In this document: positions 13,515-26,410 of the stretch, in pieces | Position numbering within the stretch: the first letter of the stretch is position 1 | How the letters are laid out: every line of letters begins with the position of its first letter | Assembly: GCF_001194135.2 (NCBI RefSeq) | Contig: NC_068982.1 | Location: 190,038,720 to 190,102,719 of the forward strand | Length of the DNA: 64,000 nt | Reading direction: 5' to 3' | DNA from: Octopus bimaculoides | Lineage: Eukaryota | The notes under the pieces: generated by a model | Databases searched by the model: none | What the model was told of the DNA's origin: nothing | Seen by the model: the letters and a program-made list of their open reading frames with translations, nothing else | Translations under genes and position numbers: made by a program

Positions 13515-14455
13515 TCATCATCACTTAACGCCCGCTCTCCATGCTGGCATGGGTTAGACAGTTGAACTGGAGCTGATGAGCTGCACCAGACTCCAGTCTG
13601 ATCTGGCAAAGTTTCTACAGCTGGATGCCCTTCCTAATGCCAACCACTCTAGGAGGGTAATGGGTGCCTTTTACATGACACTGGCAGCAACCACAACTAC
13701 AATTTACAAGTGCCATTTACATGGCACCAGCAATAACCACAGTTCCTGGCTGCTATACATATATGTGCCATTTACATCGTACCATCGATGACCACAGCAC
13801 ATGAATGCTGTTTACATGACACAGGCAAGACCACAACTATGATTTCACTTGGCCTGATGAGTCTTCTCACACACAGCATATCCCCAGAGCTCTCAGTCAC
13901 TTGTCATCACCTCTGTGAGGCCCAACGTTCAAAGATCATGCTTCACCACCTCATCCCATGTCTTCCTGGGTCTACTTCTACCGCAGGTTCCCTCCACAGT
14001 CAGAGATCAGCACTTCTTTACACAGCTGTCCTCATCCATTTTCACCACATGACCATACCAGTGCAGTCGTCTCTCTTGCGCACCACATCTGATGCCTCTT
14101 ATGCCCAACTCTTCTCTCAAGGTGCTTACACTCCATTGTACATGCACACTGACATTGCACCTCCAGTGAAGCATATTAGCTTCATTTCTTTTAAGCTTAC
14201 ACATGTCCTTGGCAGTCATGGCTCCTGTTTCACTGCCATGTAGCATACCTGTTTGCACACAGGCATCATACAGAAATCTGCTTTTTACTCTGAGAGAGAG
14301 ACCCTTTGTTGCCAACAAAGGTAAAAGCTCTCTGAACTCTGCCCAGCCTATTCTTATTCTAGCAGCTACACTCTCGGAGCATCCACTCCAACTACTGACT
14401 TGGTCACCTAGGTAACGGAAGCTATCAACTATCTCGAGAGATTTAAAACTAGCTG
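13515..14455 (-). mobile_element. 5'-truncated RTE-clade LINE (degenerate ORF2 C-terminus, 3' UTR, (GAT)n tail)
   Basis: ORF 14007-14465 has SLEIVDSFRYLG, ARIRIGW..FRELLPLL, LYDACV and RRLHWYGHV, characteristic of the post-RT region of RTE elements. Confidence 0.9.
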
Positions 14456-14469
14456 TTTTACTCACATTT

Positions 14470-14697
14470 TTAACCCTTTTGTTACCATATTTCTGTTGAG
14501 ATACTTTGTGTTTCTTTCAATTAATTTTAAATATAACAAAGAATTTAGTAAAATAACTTAGTTATCATTAAGCTAGTGCTAGGGACATAAATTGTGGCTA
14601 AGATTTGGTGGAAGGTTTTAATTCAAAACTTATGAAAACAAGACATTTGTACAACAGAGCCAGAGGCTGTTTCAGGCAGGTTGGTAACAAAAGTTAA
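14470..14697. mobile_element. piggyBac-type MITE with TTAA at both ends
   Basis: TTAA-CCCTTTTGTTACC ... GGTAACAAAAG-TTAA; the body is co-linear with 54487-54715 and 50787-50975. Confidence 0.8.
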
Positions 14698-17289
14698 AAG
14701 AAAGAAAAGGAAAGTAAGACAGATAAGAATTGAAACAAACGAGAGAGAGTGAGAGGTATGATAGACAGAGAGATAGGCAGACAGCTAGCCATAGATAGAA
14801 AGAGAGAGAGAGATTAAACAGAGTTAAATTCAACAGGAGAAAGTTGTTTGCTGACTGTGATGATAATAGTAATAATAATAATAGATGGTAGAATGTTGCA
14901 AATATTGGGAGAGAAGAGTTGTCGGTCAGCACAAGTGGACACTGGCAGCTGGTGGACAGAGGGACCTATGATTATCTCCACCCAAACCCTAACATTTACC
15001 TCTAGGGAGCCAGAAATGAATCAAAGTAGGTGCAGTATGGTGGGGGGGTGGGGATATTACAGAAAGGGAGCAGGAAGAGAAACCTCACGGATGGTCCATT
15101 TAGAGGTGGGTGGAGGAGGTATGGGGTGGCGGAGGTGGTTCATACAAATAATGAAGGAGAGGGGAAGGGAGGGGGAAGCATGAGAAAGAAAGAGGTAGAA
15201 GGTGGGAGACAGAAAAGGGAAATACGAGAAGAGCAGTGAATTATGTGTGTGTGTGCGTGTGCGTGTGTGTGTGTGTGACATGCAGAGCAGAGAGTAGAAA
15301 GGCTGGAAAAAGAGAGAGTGGTGGTGTATGGCTCTCATCATCATCATCAGGCACAGGCATGGCTGTGTGGTAAGTAGCTTGCTTCCCAACTACATGGTTC
15401 TGGGTTCAGTTCCAACACGTGGCACCTTGGGCAAGTGTCTTCTACTATAGCTTCGGGCTGACCAAAGCTACCATCAAGGGACAAGCGGTGAATCTCTACA
15501 ACTTGAAATTGCATGTCAAGAGGAAACACCCAGTTTGAGGAGAGGATGAAGGCCAGCTCTTCCCATGGCAGACACAGTCAATCTTCTGGTGCCAGTTGTC
15601 AAAGATGGGGGGGGGGGGGAGAAAAAGTACCTATTCTAAAAACTGGCAATTTACTTAGAATTCACAAAGAGACCATCTGCCAGAACCATGTGAATTTTGG
15701 AAGAAAAGCATGTGAACATCTGGAGCTGCTATGAAAAATTTATTAAATTTGATCGATTTCAATTTATTGAACACTTTCCTTTTTATCTGAGCAGGATGAA
15801 ATTGTCTTTCTAAAAGATTGATGATGATGATGATGTTGGCATACACACATTTGAATGATCCATTTTAGCCACTTGGTTGAAATGGTCATTTTGTTTCCTT
15901 TAAAATCATCCCAAACACAGCTCGTACACCATTTCTTCATAAGGGATTAAGGAGAAGAGAGGGGGAAGAGCATTAATGCCACAAAAACTCCATAGATAGA
16001 TGCGTATTTAAGATGGCAAATAAGTGGCAATAGTTGATAAATGACAGAAAAGAAACAGTACTAGAACAAACGGATGGCAATAAAACATGGCAAGTGAGAT
16101 GACCGCAAAGGGAAGAAAGTGTTTATAAAGAAAGTGATAGGAAGATTTAAATGAAGGAAAATAGCAGTATGAGATAAGATATTTATTAAAGCTGAATTTA
16201 AAGAGATAAAAGCCATAAGTAAGAGGAAAACAAAGAAAGAAAGTAAATTTTATAATTCAGCTCTTTCTGGAGGAAGAATGTTTTGTGCTAAGAACTTGTA
16301 GAATGTTCAGAAGATATCTGTGAAGTACATAATTCCCTAAATTTGGCAAACTGAGTTCTGAAGAAAAATTTCAGGAATGGGTGAACTAGAGAAAGATCAT
16401 TTGAACAGCTCCCATGGTCGCTATGGTAGCATAACATCAGACTTACTGTCAAAGGTGGTTGGGGAGAGGAAAAGAACTCACCACCAACTAGAAGATATAT
16501 TCAATTTGGCACTCTATGGAGGGACCTGCCCAAATGGGTAAGCAGTACTCCATTTTTAGGGTGAAGATGGCTCTTTTAGAGATACAACAAATCTTTAAAA
16601 GTTAAAAACCTTCTTGAATGGTAGAATGAGCTTACCATTCTGGCCAGCACCCAGGTAGCAGACACGAAGTAAGAATCTCATCTGAAACCAGGAGGGAATT
16701 TAAGATCCAAATGACTATCCAATACAGAGACTCCTTCAAAAGGGTCCTATCCACCAAAATAATATAAACAACAAAAATTTCACAATGACGGTGTAAAGAT
16801 ATAAGGGTCATGTTTGAAACCTTGAATAAAACAAATTTGGGATGAGCACTGGGAAGGCCATTCATGGTGTGTGGGGTGTGACATTCAAAGAATAGAATGT
16901 GGTATTATCAGCAAACACCTCAAGAAAAGACATTATTTTGTCAGGAAAATAAGACGTCAAACTGTTAGCACACCAAACATTTTGTCTGTTTTTAAGTTCT
17001 GGGTTCAAATTCTGCTGAGGTTGACTTTGCAAGTCATTCTTTTGTTGGGGTCAATGAAATAAGCACCAGCAGAGCACTGGCATCGATGTAATCACTTTAC
17101 GTCCCACCCCACCCCCACAGAAAAGACATCTCTTATTCTTTGATTCTCTGTCTGAAGAATCTCTAATAGGAAATATCTTACAGGTTTTCTACTACATGTA
17201 GGAAATTGTAATTCTTATTAGCACATCCGAATGTGGGGTGTAACTGGCCCCCTTATGAGTGCCCCTCATTCATTGGACATTGAACTTTG

Positions 17290-17820
17290 CTTGTGAAGAC
17301 CTATTGAGGCAAGAGAAATCAAATCAAAATCACTGACGTGGCTGATGACAGTACTGCCTGATTGGCACTTGTGTCAGTGGAAAGTTAAAAGCACAACCAA
17401 GCGTGATTGTTGCCAGGGCCACGGACTGGATCCCGTGCTGGTGGCATGTAAAAAGCACCATTCGAGCGTGATCATTGCCAGCATTGGCACATGTGCCGGT
17501 GGCATGTGAAAGACAACATTCGAGCATGGTCACTGCCAGTGCCACTGGACTGGCTCCCATGCAGGTAGCACGTAAAAAACACCTTTTGAGCGTGGTCATT
17601 GCCAGAACCGCCTGACTGGCCCTCGTGCCGGTGGCATGTAAAAGCACCCACTACACTCTCGGAGTGGTTGGCGTTAGGAAGGGCATCCAGCTGTAGAAAC
17701 ATTGCCAGATCAGACTGGAGCCTGGCGCAGCCTCTGGTTTGCCAGTCCTCAGTCAAACCATCCAACCCATACCAGCATGGAAAGCAGACATCAAATGACT
17801 ATGATGATGATGATGATGAT
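17290..17820 (+). mobile_element. RTE 3'-end copy with internal tandem subrepeats
   Basis: Repeated GTGGCATGTAAAAAGCACC...GAGCGTGGTCATTGCCAG-like units precede the conserved tail block and (GAT)n. Confidence 0.8.
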
Positions 17821-18263
17821 TAGCAAATGAAACGTGTAATGGTGAATAAATAATACCAAAAACATTTCCAGCCTCCTGTTTTGGTGTGTGTGTGTGTGTT
17901 ATCTGCTATTGGCACTATCAGGACAATGAGTATTCCAGTTGATCCAATCAACGAGATGGTCTGCTTGGGATATTAACATGGAAGTGGCTGAGCACTCCAC
18001 AGACATGTGTGCCCTTATTGTGGTTCTCGGGGAGATTCAGCATGACACAGAATGTGACAAAAGTCGGGCCCCTGTGAATTACAGGTACAACTCATTGTTG
18101 CCGGTTGAGTGGACTGCAGCAATATGAAATGAAGTGTCCTGCTCAAGGACACATGTCACTGGGAAGCAAAGTCATGACCTTAGAAACACGAGCCTAACAC
18201 ACTAACCACTAAGCCACTGTGCCATGAAATTATTTATATAATTGTGTGTGTTTGGGTGTGTGC

Positions 18264-18323
<60 letters not shown>

Positions 18324-19345
18324 CATTTGAAGCTNNNNNNNNNNNNNNNNNNNNNNNNNNNNNNNNNNNNNNNNNNNNNNNNNNNNNNNNNNNNNNNNNN
18401 NNNNNNNNNNNNNNNNNNNNNNNNNNNNNNNNNNNNNNNNNNNNNNNNNNNNNNNNNNNNNNNNNNNNNNNNNNNNNNNNNNNNNNNNNNNNNNNNNNNN
18501 NNNNNNNNNNNNNNNNNNNNNNNNNNNNNNNNNNNNNNNNNNNNNNNNNNNNNNNNNNNNNNNNNNNNNNNNNNNNNNNNNNNNNNNNNNNNNNNNNNNN
18601 NNNNNNNNNNNNNNNNNNNNNNNNNNNNNNNNNNNNNNNNNNNNNNNNNNNNNNNNNNNNNNNNNNNNNNNNNNNNNNNNNNNNNNNNNNNNNNNNNNNN
18701 NNNNNNNNNNNNNNNNNNNNNNNNNNNNNNNNNNNNNNNNNNNNNNNNNNNNNNNNNNNNNNNNNNNNNNNNNNNNNNNNNNNNNNNNNNNNNNNNNNNN
18801 NNNNNNNNNNNNNNNNNNNNNNNNNNNNNNNNNNNNNNNNNNNNNNNNNNNNNNNNNNNNNNNNNNNNNNNNNNNNNNNNNNNNNNNNNNNNNNNNNNNN
18901 NNNNNNNNNNNNNNNNNNNNNNNNNNNNNNNNNNNNNNNNNNNNNNNNNNNNNNNNNNNNNNNNNNNNNNNNNNNNNNNNNNNNNNNNNNNNNNNNNNNN
19001 NNNNNNNNNNNNNNNNNNNNNNNNNNNNNNNNNNNNNNNNNNNNNNNNNNNNNNNNNNNNNNNNNNNNNNNNNNNNNNNNNNNNNNNNNNNNNNNNNNNN
19101 NNNNNNNNNNNNNNNNNNNNNATATACATACACACACATGTATGTATATCAACGCATACAGCTGCATTTCCTTATACATAAACATAACCTCACTGATACA
19201 TGTGCATACACATTCGCAAACATTTATTTGAATACATGTGGTTGTGTGTGTGTGTCTGTGTTATAGGAAATGACTGCAATGAGATATTCTGAGGTGAGAC
19301 CCTTTCTGACCCATACCAGCAGAGAAAACCAAAATAATGACACCG

Positions 19346-19404
<59 letters not shown>

Positions 19405-19768
19405 AGGAGATATACTATTACATAAATGCAAATAACAGACATATATGGATATATATGCAACCAGCCCACAGAGAAAGAATGAAGTAGGAGGTTTCTCAAC
19501 AATAAGTTACAGAGAAATAATTGCCTTATACATTATATATTTATATATATACACACACAAACACACATATATACACAGATAGCAAGAGAAAGACAAAGAT
19601 AGTCACACACACACACACATATATATATATGTAAATACACATGCACAATATACCTACAGTCATGTATATATATATATGTATGCATACACACAGAACATAC
19701 ACACACATACACATATATATAGTCCTATGTATAAGGGTACGGGGTTTATGTTGTACATTTTGTGTCAG

Positions 19769-19806
<38 letters not shown>

Positions 19807-20618
19807 TTCAGAAATCCTGTACACACAAGTCTGTTAACACATAATTTTGCGTAAAGAGAAGTTTGGAATCATCCAAAAAGTTCGGTTTCACCTCATATTT
19901 TGTGTTCGACAACACTTCGCTATTAATATCTGTCAATAATAACAATAACAATAATAATAACAATAATAATGATAATAATAACCATCCACATCGTTGTTGT
20001 CTTTGTAAGTCTTGTAATGTTCATCAAATTTACAAAAATGTTCAAAATATTACACTGGTTATTAATTAATGGAATAATAGTCAGGCAATGAAAAAAAAAT
20101 ATAACTTAAAAAGATATAANNNNNNNNNNNNNNNNNNNNNNNNNNNNNNNNNNNNNNNNNNNNNNNNNNNNNNNNNNNNNNNNNNNNNNNNNNNNNNNNN
20201 NNNNNNNNNNNNNNNNNNNNNNNNNNNNNNNNNNNNNNNNNNNNNNNNNNNNNNNNNNNNNNNNNNNNNNNNNNNNNNNNNNNNNNNNNNNNNNNNNNNN
20301 NNNNNNNNNNNNNNNNNNNNNNNNNNNNNNNNNNNNNNNNNNNNNNNNNNNNNNNNNNNNNNNNNNNNNNNNNNNNNNNNNNNNNNNNNNNNNNNNNNNN
20401 NNNNNNNNNNNNNNNNNNNNNNNNNNNNNNNNNNNNNNNNNNNNNNNNNNNNNNNNNNNNNNNNNNNNNNNNNNNNNNNNNNNNNNNNNNNNNNNNNNNN
20501 NNNNNNNNNNNNNNNNNNNNNNNNNNNNNNNNNNNNNNNNNNNNNNNNNNNNNNNNNNNNNNNNNNNNNNNNNNNNNNNNNNNNNNNNNNNNNNNNNNNN
20601 NNNNNNNNNNNNNNNNNN

Positions 20619-21065
20619 TCATCATCGTTTAACGTCCGCTTTCCATGCTAGCATGGGTTGGACGATTTGACTGATGACTGGTGAACCAGATGGCTGCATC
20701 AGGCTCCAATCTGATCTGGCAGAGTTTCTACAGCTGGATGCCCTTCCTAACGCCAACCACTCCGAGAGTATAGTGGGTGCTTTTTATGTGCCACCGGCAC
20801 GAAAGCCAGTCAGACGGTACTGGCAACAGCCATGCTCAAAATGGTGTTTTTTACATGCCACCTGCATGGGAGCCAGTCCAGCGGCACTGGCAATGACCTC
20901 GCTCGAATGATTTTCTAACGTGCCACCAGCACAAGTGCCAGTTAGGCACCGCTGGTAACGATCATGCTCAAATGGTGCTATTTACATGCCACTAGCACGG
21001 AAGCCAGATGGCTGCTCTGACAATGATCACGGTCGGACAGTGCTGTTAGTGCTCCACTGGCATGG
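20619..21065 (-). mobile_element. RTE 3'-end copy with internal tandem subrepeats
   Basis: Reverse-orientation counterpart of 17290-17820. Confidence 0.75.
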
Positions 21066-21104
21066 CTGCTGGTCATCGACTATGGTTCAGTTACGATTTC
21101 AAGG

Positions 21105-21690
21105 GTTGATAAATTAAGTACCAGATGAGCACTGGGGTCAATGTGATTGACTATCCCCCTCCCCACAAAATCCAGGCCTTGTGCCTATAATAAAAGGAAT
21201 TATTATTAGGGCGGTGAGCTAGCAGAACTGTTAGAATGCCGGGCGAAATGCTTAGCAGCATTTTGTATGCTGCTACGTTCAGAGTTCAAATTCTACAGAG
21301 GTCAACTTTGCTTTCCATCCTTTTGGGGTCACACACTGGGGGTCAATGTAATCGACTAGCCCCTCTCTTGAACTTGCTGGCCTTTGTGCCTTTAGTGGAA
21401 AGGACTATTATTATTATTATAATTATTATTGTCATTATTATTAAGGTGGAAAGCTGGCAGAATCGTTAGCACATCGGGCGAAACGCTTTGTGGCATTTCA
21501 TCCATCATTATGTTCTGTGTTCAAATTCCGCCGAGGTCAACTTTGCAATTTCATCCTTTTAGGGTTGATAAATTAAGTACCAGTTATGCACTGAGGGTCA
21601 ATGTAACTGACTCATCCCCTCCCCACAAAAATTGCTGCCGTTGTGGCAAAATTTGAAACCATTATTATTATTATTATTATTATTATTAAA
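21105..21690 (+). mobile_element. Head-to-tail run of family C SINEs (one tail fragment plus two near-complete copies)
   Basis: Copies start at ~21208 and ~21444, each directly after an (ATT)n tail. Confidence 0.8.
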
Positions 21691-22249
21691 GGGCCAGTTT
21701 TGGGGGGAAGGTTTCTTTAAACATTTGACAACACTGTGTATAAACGCTGTTTATCCGGTCCATGATAATTGTCTTGTTTAGTTGAGCTGCATAAGAAATA
21801 CAAGACTTCATTCCTTTACAGAACAACAATAGACAGCAACAACAACAACAACATTGAGAATGGGAGATAATTTACAGGACTTTCTGCGACAATTGTGCAT
21901 CTAACATTTTTATTTCTTTACAAAGGTAGCAACAACAACAGCAACAACAACAAACACATACAGACACATACATTGTCCATTGTGTACAGAGATATGTGGT
22001 AGCATACGCAGATACGCATAGTAAAGACTATCTTCAGAGGGAACACACTCACACAAAATCCAGTGTGTGGGGGGGGGGCGTGTGAGTATTTGGCAATAGT
22101 GATAAATATGACACAACGAAGATGCTCTTGAAACGTTCGATTATTAATGATGAGTTTGGAAAAGAGAGAGAAGAGTGCGAAGGAAGCTGAGTGGAATTAG
22201 GAAGGGTTGTGGATAGGGTGTGTGTGTGAAATGCACACGCACACACATG

Positions 22250-22409
22250 TACACATATAAATGCATGTACACATACATACATGTAGATACATATAAATAC
22301 ACATATAGATACACAGGTATATATACATACATACACACACACACACACATATATATACACACAATTGAAGGCAGTGCCTCACCATGGCAGCCAAATGACT
22401 GAAACACGT

Positions 22410-22459
<50 letters not shown>

Positions 22460-23240
22460 TTTATATGCATATATATACATACACACACATTTATATGCAT
22501 ATATACATATATATATGTAGATATACACATATATGCATACATATATATACACATACATATAGACATACACATACATTAATACATATATATATATACATGT
22601 ATATATACACATATACATACATATATATAGATACACACATATACATACATATCTATATATACATACATATATACATACATAGGCATACATAACACATACA
22701 TGTANNNNNNNNNNNNNNNNNNNNNNNNNNNNNNNNNNNNNNNNNNNNNNNNNNNNNNNNNNNNNNNNNNNNNNNNNNNNNNNNNNNNNNNNNNNNNNNN
22801 NNNNNNNNNNNNNNNNTATATACATACATTATATATATACATATATACATACATGTGTACGTGTATATACATACACACATGTACATACATACATATATAT
22901 ATACATACACACATGTAAATATATACATATATTCATATATATATACACATACACAAATATATGTACACATAAATATACATACATATATATACACATATAT
23001 GTATATACATATATATATACGCGCATATATACATACATATATATATATACATACGTATATATATCTACATACACATATATATCTACATACACATATACAT
23101 ATGTATATATATCTACATATATATACCTACATATATATATATATATATATATGTATACATATATATATACACACACATACATACATATATACACACACAT
23201 AATATGAACAATTACATACATATACATACACACAGATAAA
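22250..23240. repeat. Long degenerate (AT)/(AC) compound microsatellite containing an assembly gap
   Basis: Visible directly; N-run at 22705-22816. Confidence 0.9.
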
Positions 23241-25994
23241 CATTTGTATACATGCACGCAGGCATATTCACATGTGGTGGTGGGCGTGGATATAACTCTG
23301 CTGATATTTACAGGTGACCAGTGGTCTGTTAAACAGGATGCCGGTTAAATTGAAGACGATGTGCCATCGCTGGTCAGCAACGTAAACATTAAGCATGAAT
23401 GAGCAATTGCATTGACCGACATGCGTGTGTATGTACACGTGTCCATGGATGCATGCATGTATGTGTGCGTGTGTCCCTGCATTGCCATGCCATAATTAGA
23501 TGTTAACGACACTGATGCACCGCTCCGGAATTGGGGGGGAAGTGTTGAGTGGTCAGGAGACGGTGCCGGTCATGGTGGATGGTGGTGGCTATGTGGAGGA
23601 GGGGGAGAGACGATGCAGGCGAAGAAGGACGACAACTGTGCGTCCCCCCACCCCACCCTCGCCGCCGCCAATGTTACACTATCCATTCTAAACCCACAGC
23701 AACTGTTTCATATTTCTCGCACATTCATTCTCTTTGCTAAGTACATATATACAGGCGTGGCTGAGTGGTAAGAAGCTGGCTTCCCAACCACATGGTTGCG
23801 GGTTCAGTCCCACTGTGTGGCACCTTGGACAAGTGTCTCCTGTTATAGCCTCAGGCTGACCAAAGTCTTGAGAGTGGATTTGGTAGACGGAAACAGAAAG
23901 AAGCCCATCGTTTATATATATATCCTCATAATAATAATATACATACATACACACACACNNNNNNNNNNNNNNNNNNNNNNNNNNNNNNNNNNNNNNNNNN
24001 NNNNNNNNNNNNNNNNNNNNNNNNNNNNNNNNNNNNNNNCATCGTTTATATATATATCCTCATAATAATAATATACATACATACACACACACCCATCTAT
24101 ATATACATACATCCACACACACACACATACACACATATATACACAAACATATACACATACATACTCACTTATCTATGTGTGTGTGTATCTTCATGACTGT
24201 GTTTGTTCTCCACCACATCCCTGTGACTTAGCAGTTCAGCAAAAGACACTAACAGAATAAGTGCTAGGCTGATTCATCTGGCAAAAGACTTTTCAAGGCA
24301 GTGGCCCCAGCATGGCCACAGACTAATGATTGAAACAACTGAATGATACACACACACACACACACACACGTCACACGCATACATGTTATATACACTGAGG
24401 CATATAAACACACCAACACATACGCTTACACACATGAAAGTTGTCAGAGACATGCATCAATGTACACCTACATACACATACATTAATATATAAACATGCA
24501 CGCACACACTCTTCAGTTCTCTCACACATATACACATGCATACATCAGGACATGTACACATTCATAGTTACACATAAAAACCCCCTTAAGTGCCTGCATT
24601 AATATACACATACATAGACATACACACACACACACATACACCTAGGGGTCACCCTATGAGGGTGGGGATCGAGGATGAGACAGGAAGAGTGAGTGGGAAG
24701 TGGTGGAGGGAGGACAGGTGGGAAAGAGAAAGAGTAAAGCAAAGAGGAGAGAGAGAAGGGGTGGGTGAAAGGGGTGTAGGTCAGCCCTGGCTGCATAAAC
24801 CTAGAACCATAAGCATGATAGCTGTAACCACATCCTGTCACTTTTACAGGAATAATCTATCTAGGACTACATTATACAATGTGTTCCTTCCTTTTCTAAG
24901 GTGGTAAGGTATGATGTGAGAGAGATTTGGCAGTAAATTCTAGCGTATCAAGAAGACACATTCAGGCCCCTTGCTTTGGTTGATATGACCCTTCACTGGG
25001 TGAATAAAAACACGCACACCCTTACTACAGTGGTCTCTCTCTCTCACATACACACACACACACGCATAATATACATTCCTCCTGCTTACAATTCAGGGGT
25101 CACACACACACACACACACGCACATGCCCATTACCCCATCACAATGTTCTCAAACACACCTGTCACTGCAGGGGGTCACCTTGATTAGTTGCCCCCCCAC
25201 ACTAATTATACCTAACTACAGGTAAGTTCCCCTGGGGAAGGGTGAAGCACATTCCTACCAGCATCACACCCCTAACGCCACCAAAACACCACAATAACCA
25301 CAACAATTACCAGAAGCAACACCACCACGACCACCACCATCCAACAGGATAACTGTCCATGGTCACCACCACCACCACCACCACCAGTCCGCCGTCACCA
25401 CAGTGGTGGTGGCTATGACTGTCTGCCACCACCACCACGACCATCCACCCTCACCCCAAACAATGTCCACTAATTATGTATCAATTGAATGGACAGTTTC
25501 CACTTGTGAAGAGCAATGCCACAAACATCACACTTCACTGACCAGCTTTAATGGATGATTATGGCGCAGACAACAGCACAGATACATGTGTGCATGCATG
25601 CATATACATACATGTGCATGCGCATGCACACACATGGATACATATATACATCATGCATTTATATAATTATATATACATATACACACACAGATATATACAC
25701 ACACACATAAATACATATACAGATATATATATACACACATATATACATGCACACATATACACATATATAAACACATATATACACAAATATATATACACAC
25801 ATATATACACACATATATCTATATACGCACACACATATATACACATACACACACACATATATATACACAAATATACATACACACACACACACACATGGAT
25901 ATATACATGATGTGGTGGGCAAATTGTCACTATTTTCTATTTTCTATTTCACGCATGCACATTGTTTGTTTTTGATTTTGTCATCTACATAGTA

Positions 25995-26410
25995 TAGTAG
26001 GGTAAGTTGGGCACCATCTGTGAAAAAAAAACAGCACCATGATGCAATTCACTCTGTCAGAAATTTGGAAACAACATGCTGTACTGTTTGGCATTCATCT
26101 TGGAAGCTCCAGCACAAACATTTCAGAGTGTTTGGCTGTCGATCTGGGGACAGTGCAATCTGAGGACATGTACCGAGAGTGACAAAAATCAAACATCCAG
26201 TCAACATCATGGTGTTTGGGTCACTAGTGATGCCTCCATTCATCTTCCCACATGGCCTCAGACTCAACATGGCAGCAGCAGACATCAAGCATCTGGAAGA
26301 GGCAGTGCTACCCTGGGTGAAGAGGGTGGCTGCTGGACGACCCCGTGTCTGGAAACAGGACTCTGCACCAGGCCACACAAGCAGGAGGACCCTTTTTTAG
26401 AAAAAGGTTG
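25995..26410 (+). mobile_element. Tc1/mariner-superfamily transposase relic, probably maT/DD37D-like
   Basis: KHPVNIMVFG...VMPPFIFPHGLRLN...VLPWVKRVAAGRP.VWKQDSAPGHTSR covers the catalytic region around the second Asp (QDSAP). Subfamily assignment is from recall. Confidence 0.75.

Noticed and set aside
15480-17000. Purine-rich unique-looking tract with short ORFs
   Set aside because: Looks like highly decayed LINE sequence; no motif I could identify with confidence.
22049-23257. Many Y/I/C/V/M- or H/T-repeat ORFs (also 6-8.6, 12-13, 25.5-26, 29.4-30.4, 33.6-34 and 46.6-47.3 kb)
   Set aside because: Translations of (TA)n, (TG)n and (CA)n microsatellites.
23907-24092. Duplicated CATCGTTTATATATATATCCTCATAATAATAAT... 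on both sides of a gap
   Set aside because: Overlapping contig ends; the gap is probably spurious.
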